A program made the translations under genes and the position numbers. DNA of 64,000 nt, taken from an uncultured Actinomycetota bacterium (lineage in GTDB: Bacteria > Actinomycetota > Actinomycetes > JAHEKZ01). How positions within the stretch are numbered: the first letter of the stretch is position 1; each line of letters opens with the position of its first letter. The DNA lies in contig CAVURN010000001.1 of the NCBI GenBank assembly GCA_963743915.1, forward strand, positions 32,001 to 96,000, given 5' to 3'. A model generated the notes under the pieces. The model had not been told where the DNA came from, did not search any database, and saw nothing but the letters and a program-made list of their open reading frames with translations. Positions 1 through 8,912 of this stretch are shown here, one piece after another.

Positions 1-655
1 ACGCGTGGCCGTGGACGTCGAGCTTCAGCGTGTCGTTCCGGTGGTGAAGGCCCTGGCGTCAGAAGGCGTGGTCGTGAGCATCGACACGATGCGGGCCGAG
101 GTGGCGGGCGCGGCGCTCGATGCGGGGGCGGCCATCGTGAACGACGTGTCGGGGGGCTTGGCGGACCCCGCGATGCTTCCCCTCGTGGCGGCGGCTGGGG
201 TGCCCGTCGTTCTCATGCACTGGCGAGGACACAGCCGAGACATGGACCAGCAGGCTGTCTACCCGCGCGGCGTGGTCGTCGAGGTCGCGGACGAGCTGGC
301 CACGCGGGCGAAGGCGGCGCTCACGGCCGGCGTGGAGGCCGACCGGATCGTGCTCGACCCTGGTCTGGGCTTCGCCAAGGATGCGGACCACAACTGGCAG
401 CTGCTGCGCGACCTGCCGGTGTTGGCCGCGCTCGGCCACCCCCTCCTGGTCGGGGCGTCGCGCAAGCGCTTTCTCGGACTGCTGCTGTCCGACGGTGTCA
501 CGCCGCGGCCGGTGGAGGAGCGTGACGACGCGACGCTGGCACTGTCAGCGCTGGCGGCCGCTGCGGGAGCCTGGTGCGTCCGGGTGCACGATGCGCGCGG
601 CAACGTCGATGCGGTACGCGTGGCCGCGGCGTGGGCCAGGGGGGCGCATGAGTGA
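1..655 (+). CDS. folP: Dihydropteroate synthase (5' truncated by window edge)
   Basis: Motifs SIDT, IVNDVSGG, LMHWRG, LDPGLGF, GASRKRF and RVHD; lies upstream of folB/folK. Confidence 0.96.
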   Translation, partial: RVAVDVELQRVVPVVKALASEGVVVSIDTMRAEVAGAALDAGAAIVNDVSGGLADPAMLPLVAAAGVPVVLMHWRGHSRDMDQQAVYPRGVVVEVADELATRAKAALTAGVEADRIVLDPGLGFAKDADHNWQLLRDLPVLAALGHPLLVGASRKRFLGLLLSDGVTPRPVEERDDATLALSALAAAAGAWCVRVHDARGNVDAVRVAAAWARGAHE

Positions 656-1073
656 CACCGTGATCGACGCAGTCAGATCTGCCAACGAGGAGCTCTACGC
701 GGCCTTCGAGGCCGGTGACCTCGACCGCATGCAGGCGTTGTGGGTCGACGACCTGTGGGGCGCCATGGCCAAGTGCGTGCATCCGGGTGGAGTCTTCATC
801 TCCGGGATCGAGCCGGTGATCCGCTCTTGGGCCCTGGTCATGGCCAACACCGAGAACGTGCAGTTCATCGTCACCGACGTCGAGGTGAACGTGAAGGACG
901 ACTCTGCCGTGGTGACGTGCACCGAGATCATCCTGCGCCCCGGGGAGGGCGACGAGCCATTTGTCTCCAGCCACGCGATGGCCACCAACGGATTCGTCGA
1001 GATCGACGGCCGGTGGCGAATGTGGTTGCACCACGCCTCGCCGGTTCTCGGGCCGCTGGGAGGTCCGACATGA
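648..1073 (+). CDS. NTF2/SnoaL-like domain protein
   Basis: ATG 648 overlaps the folP end; ANEELYAAFEAGDLDRM, CVHPG and WRMWLHHASP are typical of SnoaL_3/NTF2. Confidence 0.85.
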   Translation: MSDTVIDAVRSANEELYAAFEAGDLDRMQALWVDDLWGAMAKCVHPGGVFISGIEPVIRSWALVMANTENVQFIVTDVEVNVKDDSAVVTCTEIILRPGEGDEPFVSSHAMATNGFVEIDGRWRMWLHHASPVLGPLGGPT

Positions 1074-1435
1074 CCGCGTCCGACCGCATCACGCTGCGGG
1101 GCATCAGGGCCTACGGGTACCACGGAGTGCTTGCCGAGGAACGTCAGAGCGGACAGATGTTCGGGGTCGACGTCGAGCTCCTGACCGACGTCCGTGAGGC
1201 AGCAGCGTCTGACGATCTCGAGGCCACGGTCGACTACGCGGCCGTTGCGCGAGAGGTGGTACGCGTGGTCGAGGGCGATCCCTGCAACCTCATCGAGACA
1301 GTGGCGGTGCGGATCGCGGATGCGCTCCTCGTCGTCGGGCGAGTGACCGGGGTCCGCGTGACCGTGCACAAGCCGCAGGCGCCGGTCGGGGTCCCCTTCG
1401 ACGACGTGAGCGTCACCGTGGTGCGTCGACGGTGA
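1070..1435 (+). CDS. folB: Dihydroneopterin aldolase
   Basis: DRITLRGIRAYGYHGV, TVDYA, LIETVA and VHKPQAP motifs; ATGA overlap with previous gene. Confidence 0.95.
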   Translation: MTASDRITLRGIRAYGYHGVLAEERQSGQMFGVDVELLTDVREAAASDDLEATVDYAAVAREVVRVVEGDPCNLIETVAVRIADALLVVGRVTGVRVTVHKPQAPVGVPFDDVSVTVVRRR

Positions 1436-1947
1436 CGGACGGCGGCTCCTCGCTCGTGCGCGCGGCACTCGGACTGGGCTCGAACCTCGGTGATCGTCGC
1501 AGACTGCTGTCGGCCGCGGTCGATTCGCTTCGGCGTGCGCCAGGAGTCGAGGTCGTCGCCGTGTCTTCGCTCGTCGAGTCCGACCCCGTGGGTGGCCCGG
1601 ACCAGCCGGACTTCCTCAACGCTGTCGTCGTGGTGGAGACCAGCCTTGCGCCGCTCGAGCTGCTGGCCCTCGCCCAGCGGTGTGAGCAGGACGCCGCGCG
1701 TGTTCGGGACGAACGCTGGGGGCCGCGCACCTTGGATGTCGACGTACTGGCCTACGACGCGGTCGTGAGCGAGGATCCGGTACTGACGCTCCCGCACCCG
1801 CGGGCCGTCCAGCGAGGTTTCGTGCTGGTGCCGTGGTCCGAGGTCGACCCGACCTTCGAGCTCGCCGGGCGGACCGTGGGGGAGTGGGCGGCTGAGGTGG
1901 GTACGGCCGGCGTCCGGCCGTCCGGGCTCTCGTGGGAGGTGCGGTGA
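1432..1947 (+). CDS. folK: 2-amino-4-hydroxy-6-hydroxymethyldihydropteridine diphosphokinase
   Basis: LGLGSNLGD, FLNAVV, RWGPRTLDVD and LPHPR motifs. Confidence 0.96.
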   Translation: MTDGGSSLVRAALGLGSNLGDRRRLLSAAVDSLRRAPGVEVVAVSSLVESDPVGGPDQPDFLNAVVVVETSLAPLELLALAQRCEQDAARVRDERWGPRTLDVDVLAYDAVVSEDPVLTLPHPRAVQRGFVLVPWSEVDPTFELAGRTVGEWAAEVGTAGVRPSGLSWEVR

Positions 1948-2420
1948 CTCCGACCTCTCTGCGGCTGCTGCTCGTCACCGCCGTCGTCGGCGCGGTGGTC
2001 GGGCTGCTCGGGGCACGGTTCTGGGACCTGCTCACCGGAGCTCCGCCGACCGTTCCCTGGGCGGCACCGGCGGTGCTGGGGCTGATGGCGGCCGGGTTCG
2101 CGATCGCGGCATGGACACTGCGACCGCGGATCGAGCGCCGCGAGGGTCATCGCCCGCTGGACCCCTTTGTGGCCGCACGGACCGCCGTCCTGGCCCTTGC
2201 CGGCTCGCGCGCCGGGGCGGCCGTCACGGGTGTCTATCTGGGATACGCGGCTTTCGTGGTGACCGACCTGAACACCGCCTTCCGCCGTCAGATGCTGCTG
2301 ATCTCGCTCGTCGCCTCCGCCTCCGGGGCCGCCATGGCCGCTGCGGCCCTCTGGTTGGAGCGCATCTGCCGGATCAAGGGGGGCGACGACGACGAGACGG
2401 GTGGGGCCAGCCCGGCCTAG
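1944..2420 (+). CDS. DUF3180-family membrane protein
   Basis: GTGA overlap with folK; four hydrophobic segments; C-terminal LWLERICR; usual position after actinobacterial folK. Confidence 0.8.
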   Translation: MTPTSLRLLLVTAVVGAVVGLLGARFWDLLTGAPPTVPWAAPAVLGLMAAGFAIAAWTLRPRIERREGHRPLDPFVAARTAVLALAGSRAGAAVTGVYLGYAAFVVTDLNTAFRRQMLLISLVASASGAAMAAAALWLERICRIKGGDDDETGGASPA

Positions 2421-2467
2421 CTGGACAATCGCCGACCCGCCTCACCCGATCGGCGTACGCTGGGTCC

Positions 2468-3070
2468 ATGTCTCGTGGACGCCATGCCCTTCCCGAACCC
2501 CCGCGGTCCGATGCGCCACTGCTGCTCCTCGCGCTGATCATCGCTGTGGCCACGGTTGCCGCGGTGTGGGCGATCGACACCGAGTGGGCGGTCCAGGTCG
2601 GCGTGACCGGTGTGGCGCTGCTGGGATTGATGGCCGTGTGGTCGGTCTCCCGCGCCGCGCACGAACAGGCGGAGCGGTTCGCGGCCGAGGCCAACGAGCG
2701 GCGCCGTGAACAGCAGCTGGCGCTGCAGCTCTTGGCGGAGGCGCACTCCGAGCTTGCTGACCTCCGTGCCCGGCAGGTCGAGATGCTGCTCGAGCTGCAG
2801 ACCCTGCGTGACGCCAGCACCGAGCGGACCCTGATGCACGAGCTCCTGCTTCCCCGCGCGCCGGCTCCCGAGCCGGTGTACCCCTCGTTGCAGCTGCCGC
2901 TCGTGCGCGCCGCCTTCGCCGCCGAGCTCACGCCCGAACCCGTGGACAGTCTCCAGCAGACCACCGCCCCGCTGCCCAGTGAGGAGACCAGCGGGGATGA
3001 GCCGCGCCCCCCGCGTCAGCTGCTGGACCTCACAGCCAGCGAGATCGCGCGCCTGCGTCCGGCCAACTGA
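2468..3070 (+). CDS. Hypothetical membrane protein (2 TM + coiled coil + Pro-rich tail)
   Basis: ATG 2468 is 6 nt after TACGCT; two hydrophobic stretches, then an E/Q/R/L-rich heptad region. Confidence 0.7.
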   Translation: MSRGRHALPEPPRSDAPLLLLALIIAVATVAAVWAIDTEWAVQVGVTGVALLGLMAVWSVSRAAHEQAERFAAEANERRREQQLALQLLAEAHSELADLRARQVEMLLELQTLRDASTERTLMHELLLPRAPAPEPVYPSLQLPLVRAAFAAELTPEPVDSLQQTTAPLPSEETSGDEPRPPRQLLDLTASEIARLRPAN

Positions 3071-3153
3071 GGGTCGACCCGAGGTCTGCCGAGCGTCCCG
3101 TTGCGTGACGCGGCTCGGCGCCCGCTGAGCGTTCCCATGGCAGGATCGCCACC

Positions 3154-4299
3154 GTGACCGAGGAGCGGGTGGTGAGCACGGGTGGTGGAGTCGTGGCCAC
3201 CGACATGGTGCTCAACATCGGCCCGCAGCACCCGGCGACACATGGTGTCCTTCGTCTGCGCCTCGTGCTGGACGGTGAGCGGATCGTCACCGCCGAGCCC
3301 GTCATCGGCTACATGCACCGCGGGGCCGAGAAGCTCTTCGAGGTGCGTGACTACCGACAGATCGTCGTGCTCGCCAACCGGCACGACTGGCTTTCGGCCT
3401 TCTCCAATGAGCTCGGCGTGGTGCTTGCCGTCGAGCGCATGCTCGGCATGGAGGTGCCCGTCCGCGCGGTGTGGGCCAGGACCTTGCTCGCCGAGCTCAA
3501 CCGGGCGCTCAACCACCTGATGTTCCTCGGCTCCTACCCGCTCGAGGTCGGTGCCATCACTCCGGTGTTCTACGCGTTCCGCGAGCGCGAGGCGATCCAG
3601 GAGGTCATGGAGGAGATCTCCGGCGGGCGGATGCACTTCATGTTCAACCGCGTCGGAGGGCTCAAGGAGGACCTGCCCAACGGATGGTTGGGGAGGGTGC
3701 GGACTGCGGTGTCCGGTGTGCGGGAGCGTCTGCCGCAGCTGGAGAACCTGGTCTTCGGCAACGAGATCTTCGCGGCCCGCACGCAGGGTGTCGGCGTCCT
3801 CTCCCAGGACCAGGTGCTGCAGTTCGGGCTGTCCGGGCCGATCGCCCGAGCGTCCGGAGTCGACATGGACCTGCGACGGGACGAGCCCTACCTGGCCTAC
3901 GGCGAGCTCCAGCACGTGCTGCGGGTCCCGACCCGCAGCGAGGGCGACTGCTACGCGCGGTTCGAGGTGCTGAGGGAGCAGCTCCATGTGTCGCTGGACC
4001 TTGTGGACGCCTGCGTCGAGACGCTGGAGCGGCTGCCGAGAGGACCGATCAACCAACGTCTCCCGAAGGTGCTCAAGGCCCCGGAGGGGTACACCTACGC
4101 ATGGACCGAGAATCCCCTCGGCCTCAACGGGTACTTCCTGGTCTCGCACGGCGAGAAGACCCCGCATCGCCTGAAGCTGCGCTCGGCGTCCTTCAACAAC
4201 GTCCAGGTGCTGTCGGAGATGCTGCCGGGCCAGCTGGTCGCCGACATGGTGGCCATCCTCGGGTCGATGTTCTTCGTGGTCGGTGACGTCGACAAGTAG
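3154..4299 (+). CDS. nuoD: Standalone NADH-quinone oxidoreductase subunit D homolog (NuoD2-like)
   Basis: [37 protein letters not shown] and GDCYARF; no other nuo genes in the window. Confidence 0.92.
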   Translation: MTEERVVSTGGGVVATDMVLNIGPQHPATHGVLRLRLVLDGERIVTAEPVIGYMHRGAEKLFEVRDYRQIVVLANRHDWLSAFSNELGVVLAVERMLGMEVPVRAVWARTLLAELNRALNHLMFLGSYPLEVGAITPVFYAFREREAIQEVMEEISGGRMHFMFNRVGGLKEDLPNGWLGRVRTAVSGVRERLPQLENLVFGNEIFAARTQGVGVLSQDQVLQFGLSGPIARASGVDMDLRRDEPYLAYGELQHVLRVPTRSEGDCYARFEVLREQLHVSLDLVDACVETLERLPRGPINQRLPKVLKAPEGYTYAWTENPLGLNGYFLVSHGEKTPHRLKLRSASFNNVQVLSEMLPGQLVADMVAILGSMFFVVGDVDK

Positions 4300-4347
4300 C
4301 GCCAGCGTCACGCGAGGTGTCACTCGGCGGACGGTAGATTTCCGGGC

Positions 4348-4836
4348 ATGAGCAGCGATCCGTTCGTGGCGGAGTCCGGATGGACGCCGGTGAGTCCGCG
4401 TCTGGCCACCGGTCGCCGTCTCGTCGCTGTCGGCGCCACCGTGGTGCTCACGGCACTCGTGGTCACCGCTCTCGTCGTTGCCGACCTCCGCGAGTACGCC
4501 TTCCTGGCGCTGCTGCTCGGGATGGTGGTGCTCGGCTGGCTGTGGTGGCTGATCGGCCGTCAGGTTGCTGCCATCGGCTACGCCGACCGGGCGGACGACC
4601 TGCTCGTCGTCAGCGGCATCATCTTCCGCCGTCTGGTCGTCGTGCCCTACGGGCGCATGCAGCTGGTGGACGTCCGTCGCGGACCGATCGAGCGCTACCT
4701 CGGTCTCGCGACCGTGCAGCTGCACACCGCCGCCGCGACGACCGACGCGACCGTGCCCGGACTCCCACCCGACGAGGCCGGACGCCTCCGCGACCGGTTG
4801 GCGGCGTTGGGCGAGCAACGGAGTGCCGGACTGTGA
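4348..4836 (+). CDS. Bacterial PH-domain membrane protein (YdbS-like)
   Basis: 2 TM segments then VPYGRMQLVDVRRGPIERYLGLATV (bPH_2 pattern). Confidence 0.85.
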   Translation: MSSDPFVAESGWTPVSPRLATGRRLVAVGATVVLTALVVTALVVADLREYAFLALLLGMVVLGWLWWLIGRQVAAIGYADRADDLLVVSGIIFRRLVVVPYGRMQLVDVRRGPIERYLGLATVQLHTAAATTDATVPGLPPDEAGRLRDRLAALGEQRSAGL

Positions 4837-6167
4837 GCGAACCGCGTCGCACGCATCCTGTGACGCCCTTGGTCACCATGGTGCGGGCGGCTCCCGTCCT
4901 GATCATCGGTGTCTTCGTCTTCGGTGGGGGCGAAGCCACGGCACTGCTGGGTGGCCTCGGCACCGCCGGCCTCATCGCGGTCATCCTGCTCGGCGTCGGC
5001 GGCTACGCGTACGTCGCCTGGTCCCGCCTGTCCTTCTGGTTCGACGGCGACGGTGACCTCCGTATCCGCTCCGGGGTGCTCGTCACCAACGAGCGTCGCG
5101 TCCAGCTGACCCGCCTGCAGTCGGTCGACGTCACTCAGCCGCTGCTCGCGCGCCTCTTCGGTCTGGCGGAGGTCCGGCCAGAGGTGGCGGGTGCCTCCAC
5201 CCAAGGCACCAAGCTGCAGTACCTGTCCCTCGAGGACGCCCAGCAGCTGCGTGCCGAGCTCATCGCCCGCGCGGCGGGACTGCGGCACGAGGAGGGCACG
5301 GCGGCCCCCACCGCACCCGAGCGGGTGCTGGTGCAGGTTCCCGCTCCCCACCTGCTGGCGTCGTTGGCGTTGCAGCCGGTGACGGTGCTCCTCGTGGCGC
5401 TGGTACCGGTGACGGTGGCTGTAGCCGGGGTCGCCGGCATCTGGGAGCTCGGCCTCGCCGGACTCTTCCTCGTGGCCACGCCGTTCACCGTCGTCGGTGG
5501 ACAGTTCCTGAACTACTTCGGTTTCACCGTCGCCGAGTCCCCCGACGGCCTGCGGCTGCGCTTCGGCCTCACGTCGCACCGCTCGCAGACGGTCCCCCCC
5601 GGACGCGTGCAGGCCGTGCGCATCGAGCGTCCCCTCATGTGGAAGCCGTGGGGCTGGGTACGGGTCGTGGTGAATGTCGCGGGAACCACGTCGGGCGACG
5701 AGGCTGATGACCGACCGTCGATGGTGCTGCCGGTGGCTCCGCTGCCCGTGGCGCGGGCGGTGCTGCAGCGGGTGCTCCCCGGCATCGACCCCTTCGCCGT
5801 ACCACTCGATCCGGTCCCGACTCAGGCGCGGTGGCGTGCTCCGCTGCAGCACGGCAGGCTCGGGGTCGGTGCGACGCAGGACGTGCTCGTCACCAGGCGC
5901 GGGTGGCTCGTTCCGTCCTGGGACGTCGTCCCGCACGCCCGCACCCAGAGCGTCCGGGTGACCCAGGGTCCGTGGCAGCGGTCGCTCGGCCTTGCCTCGA
6001 TGCACGTCGACTCGACGCCGGGACCGGTGCGGATCACTGCGCTTCACCGGGCCGCCGATGACGCCCGCTCGTTGGCTGCGGCCCAGGCCGACCGGGCTCG
6101 TGCTGCGCGCACCAGCGAGCCGGCGGCTCCGCGGCCGGCACCGGCAGCTCAGCCGGACGCGGGCTGA
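4833..6167 (+). CDS. Multi-bPH-domain membrane protein (YdbT-like)
   Basis: GTGA overlap; three bPH_2-like repeats (RLQSVDVTQPLLARLFG, RVQAVRIERP, RTQSVRVTQGPWQRSLG). Confidence 0.85.
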   Translation: MSEPRRTHPVTPLVTMVRAAPVLIIGVFVFGGGEATALLGGLGTAGLIAVILLGVGGYAYVAWSRLSFWFDGDGDLRIRSGVLVTNERRVQLTRLQSVDVTQPLLARLFGLAEVRPEVAGASTQGTKLQYLSLEDAQQLRAELIARAAGLRHEEGTAAPTAPERVLVQVPAPHLLASLALQPVTVLLVALVPVTVAVAGVAGIWELGLAGLFLVATPFTVVGGQFLNYFGFTVAESPDGLRLRFGLTSHRSQTVPPGRVQAVRIERPLMWKPWGWVRVVVNVAGTTSGDEADDRPSMVLPVAPLPVARAVLQRVLPGIDPFAVPLDPVPTQARWRAPLQHGRLGVGATQDVLVTRRGWLVPSWDVVPHARTQSVRVTQGPWQRSLGLASMHVDSTPGPVRITALHRAADDARSLAAAQADRARAARTSEPAAPRPAPAAQPDAG

Positions 6168-6208
6168 CTGAGCTGCCGGCGTCGAACGGCGTCACCGTCG
6201 ATGAACCT

Positions 6209-6261
6209 CGAGAGTGGAGACTTGTGCCGACGAGACCGGCACAAGCTTCCACTGATCTTGA
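6209..6261. repeat. REP-like palindromic element, copy 1 (possible bidirectional terminator)
   Basis: Imperfect inverted repeat AGTGGAgaCTTGTGCCG-7nt-CGGCACAAGctTCCACT between convergent genes; 33/44 nt identical to the reverse complement of 52354-52397. Confidence 0.65.
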
Positions 6262-6268
6262 TCGGCTT

Positions 6269-8833
6269 TCATGGCTGAGTGAACTGCCGGCGTCGCACGG
6301 CCTTGTCGAGCGCATCGACGCCGAGCAGCACCAGGGGTGCCGCGACCGCCACGAGCCATCCCACCGCAGTCGGCGGTGCCTGCCCGAGGATGTCGGCCAG
6401 TGGAGGTACGAACACCATGGCCAGGGCGATTCCGAGAGCGACCAGCACCGCCCAGACGAGAGTGGGGTTCGTGCGCCACCCGAGGTGCCGGATCGTCAAG
6501 GTGCTGCTTCGACAGGCGAACGCATTGCCCATCTGTCCGGTCACGACGGTGATGAAGTAGGCACCGGACGCCTGGGTGAGAAGGGTGGCGTCCAAGGTCG
6601 CTCCCCACGTCCACCCTCCACCGATCAGCACCAGGACGAAGGCCGCCATGGCCACCAATGACTCGGTCGGACCCAGCAGTCCGAAGGCCCGCCAGGCGAC
6701 TGTGCCGTTGAGCAGCCGACCGGACACCGGTGGCCTCTGCATGACCCGCCCGTGCGGGTGCTCACCACCGAGTGCCACGGCAGTCAGGGTGTCCGTCGCG
6801 AGGTCGAGCGCGATGATCTGCAGCACGCCCAGGGCCAGGGGGAATGATCCCCCGGAGACTGCCCAGACCAGCAGCGGGAAGAGCTCGGCCACGTTGTCGG
6901 TGAGGTGGTAGGTGAGGAAGCGGCGGACGTTCAGGAACGTGCCGCGTCCCTGCTCGACGGTTGCGACAATGGTGGTGAAGTCATCGTCGAGCAGCACCAG
7001 GTCCGACGCCTCACGTGCGACGTCGCTTCCGCTCTCGCCCATGGCGACGCCGATGTCCGCCTCCTGCAGTGCCGGGCCGTCGTTGACCCCGTCGCCGGTC
7101 ATCGCGACCACATGTCCACGCAGCTGGAGTGCGCGGGCGATGGCCAGCTTCTGCTCGGGTGCGACCCGCGCGATCACCACGCCGTCGTGATCGATCAGCT
7201 CAGCCAGCTCGTCATCGTCGTCCGGCAGGTCGTCACCGACGAGGACCCGACCGTCACCGATCGTCAGGCCGACCTGGTCGGCAACCGCCGCTGCCGTCAC
7301 CGGGTGGTCGCCGGTGACCATGGCGACTCTGATGCCCGCTGCCCGACAGTCCTGCAACGCCTGCCGGGCGGCGGGACGGGCGGGGTCGGAGAGGCCCACG
7401 AGCCCCAGCAGGGTCAGCGAACGCTCGGCGTCCTCCGCTGAGTCGGGAGCAGTGTCGCTGTAGGTCCGCGAGGCGATGGCGAGCACCCGGAGACCATGGG
7501 CAGCCATCGCGTGGACGGCGTCCTGCGCCGTCTTCGTGTCCTCGAGGCACAGAGGGAGCACCGTGTCCGCCGCGCCCTTGACGAGTACCTGGCCGTCGCT
7601 GAGCACCGACATCCGACGACGTCGGGGGTCGAAGGGGAAGAGACGTGCCGGCGGATGAGGTTCGGTGAGGTTGAGTCGCAGCACCAGCGCGTCGAGGGCG
7701 GCCTCCATGGGGTCGCCCTGTGACACCCAGGCTCCGTGCTCCTGCACGACGCGGCCGTTCGAGCAGGCACGGGCAGCGAGCGCCACGGACGCGGCGGCTG
7801 ATCGCGCGGAGTCGGGCCCGGTGATGTTCGCCGACGGCCCGTAGCCCTCACCCTCCAGGTTCAGGATGCCCTCAGGCGTCCACACCTGGACGACCTGCAT
7901 CTGGTTGCGCGTCAGCGTTCCGGTCTTGTCCGTGCAGATGAAGGTGACCGATCCCAGCGTCTCCACCGACTCGAGGTGTCGGACCACGGCGTGCCTCTTG
8001 GCGATGCGTTGGGCGCCCAGGGCGAGCGACAAGGTCACGGTGGGCAGCAACGCCTCCGGAACGAGAGCAACCGAGACTCCGATCGCGAACGTGGCGGCGT
8101 CCTGGAAGTCGATGTTGCCCACCAGCGAGACGACGAGGAACGCCAGCCCGGTCGAGATCGCGATGATCGAGATCACCCGGACGACCCGTCGCATCTCGCC
8201 TTCCAGAGGGCTGGTCGGGCGCTCCACCGACCGGGTGAGCTCGGTGATCCCCGCCAGCCGGGTGGAGGTGCCCACCGCAGTGATGCGCATCAGGGCCTCG
8301 CCCTGTTCGACGAAGGTGCCCCCCGTCAGTGGCGCGCCCACGTCGACGGTGACCGGGACGCTCTCACCAGTGATGAGCGAGGTGTTGACCTGGAGTGCCT
8401 GCGCCTGGACTGCGACGCCGTCGGCGGGAATCCGGTCGCCCGCGCTGAGGACGGCGATGTCGTCGACCACCAGGTCGGCGGCGGCGATCTCGCGCTGTTC
8501 GCCGTGTCGACGCACGAGGACCAGCCGCGGGACGAGGTCCTGCATGGCAGCAGCCGCCCGCTCGGCGCGACGCTCCTGGGCGAAGGCGAAGAGTGCGTTG
8601 ATGACGACCACCAGCGCGATGGCGACGGCCAGCTCGGGCAGCCCCGCAACGACCGAGAGCGCGGAGGCCACCCACAGGAGCAGAGCGAAGAAGTGGGTGA
8701 GCTCGCCGAGCAGACGCCTCCAGGCGGGCGTCGGCGTGGGGGGCGGCAGCCGGTTGTCCCCGAAACGAGCCCGGCGGTCCTCGACCTCCTGGTCGGACAG
8801 ACCGAGCAGCATCTCGCCGTGGGTAAGCGCCAC
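6269..8833 (-). CDS. Cation-transporting P-type ATPase (type II)
   Basis: TGES, DKTGTLT, KGA, TGD and GDGVND motifs; start uncertain (GTG 8833 is 6 nt after CACAGT; alternatives 8863 and 8812). Confidence 0.93.
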   Translation of the reverse strand: MALTHGEMLLGLSDQEVEDRRARFGDNRLPPPTPTPAWRRLLGELTHFFALLLWVASALSVVAGLPELAVAIALVVVINALFAFAQERRAERAAAAMQDLVPRLVLVRRHGEQREIAAADLVVDDIAVLSAGDRIPADGVAVQAQALQVNTSLITGESVPVTVDVGAPLTGGTFVEQGEALMRITAVGTSTRLAGITELTRSVERPTSPLEGEMRRVVRVISIIAISTGLAFLVVSLVGNIDFQDAATFAIGVSVALVPEALLPTVTLSLALGAQRIAKRHAVVRHLESVETLGSVTFICTDKTGTLTRNQMQVVQVWTPEGILNLEGEGYGPSANITGPDSARSAAASVALAARACSNGRVVQEHGAWVSQGDPMEAALDALVLRLNLTEPHPPARLFPFDPRRRRMSVLSDGQVLVKGAADTVLPLCLEDTKTAQDAVHAMAAHGLRVLAIASRTYSDTAPDSAEDAERSLTLLGLVGLSDPARPAARQALQDCRAAGIRVAMVTGDHPVTAAAVADQVGLTIGDGRVLVGDDLPDDDDELAELIDHDGVVIARVAPEQKLAIARALQLRGHVVAMTGDGVNDGPALQEADIGVAMGESGSDVAREASDLVLLDDDFTTIVATVEQGRGTFLNVRRFLTYHLTDNVAELFPLLVWAVSGGSFPLALGVLQIIALDLATDTLTAVALGGEHPHGRVMQRPPVSGRLLNGTVAWRAFGLLGPTESLVAMAAFVLVLIGGGWTWGATLDATLLTQASGAYFITVVTGQMGNAFACRSSTLTIRHLGWRTNPTLVWAVLVALGIALAMVFVPPLADILGQAPPTAVGWLVAVAAPLVLLGVDALDKAVRRRQFTQP

Positions 8834-8912
8834 GAGGACACTGTGCTGCGACGGAGGCCCCACGACCAGGGGCTTCCGACTGAAAGGGGTGGCGCGGGGC
8901 CGGGCAACACCC

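Noticed and set aside
3016-4818. Long antisense/alternate-frame ORFs (e.g. 3016-4818, 7866-10097, 22225-23712, 58245-60287)
   Set aside because: They shadow well-supported genes; stop codons are scarce in high-GC DNA; translations are R/G/P-rich with no motifs
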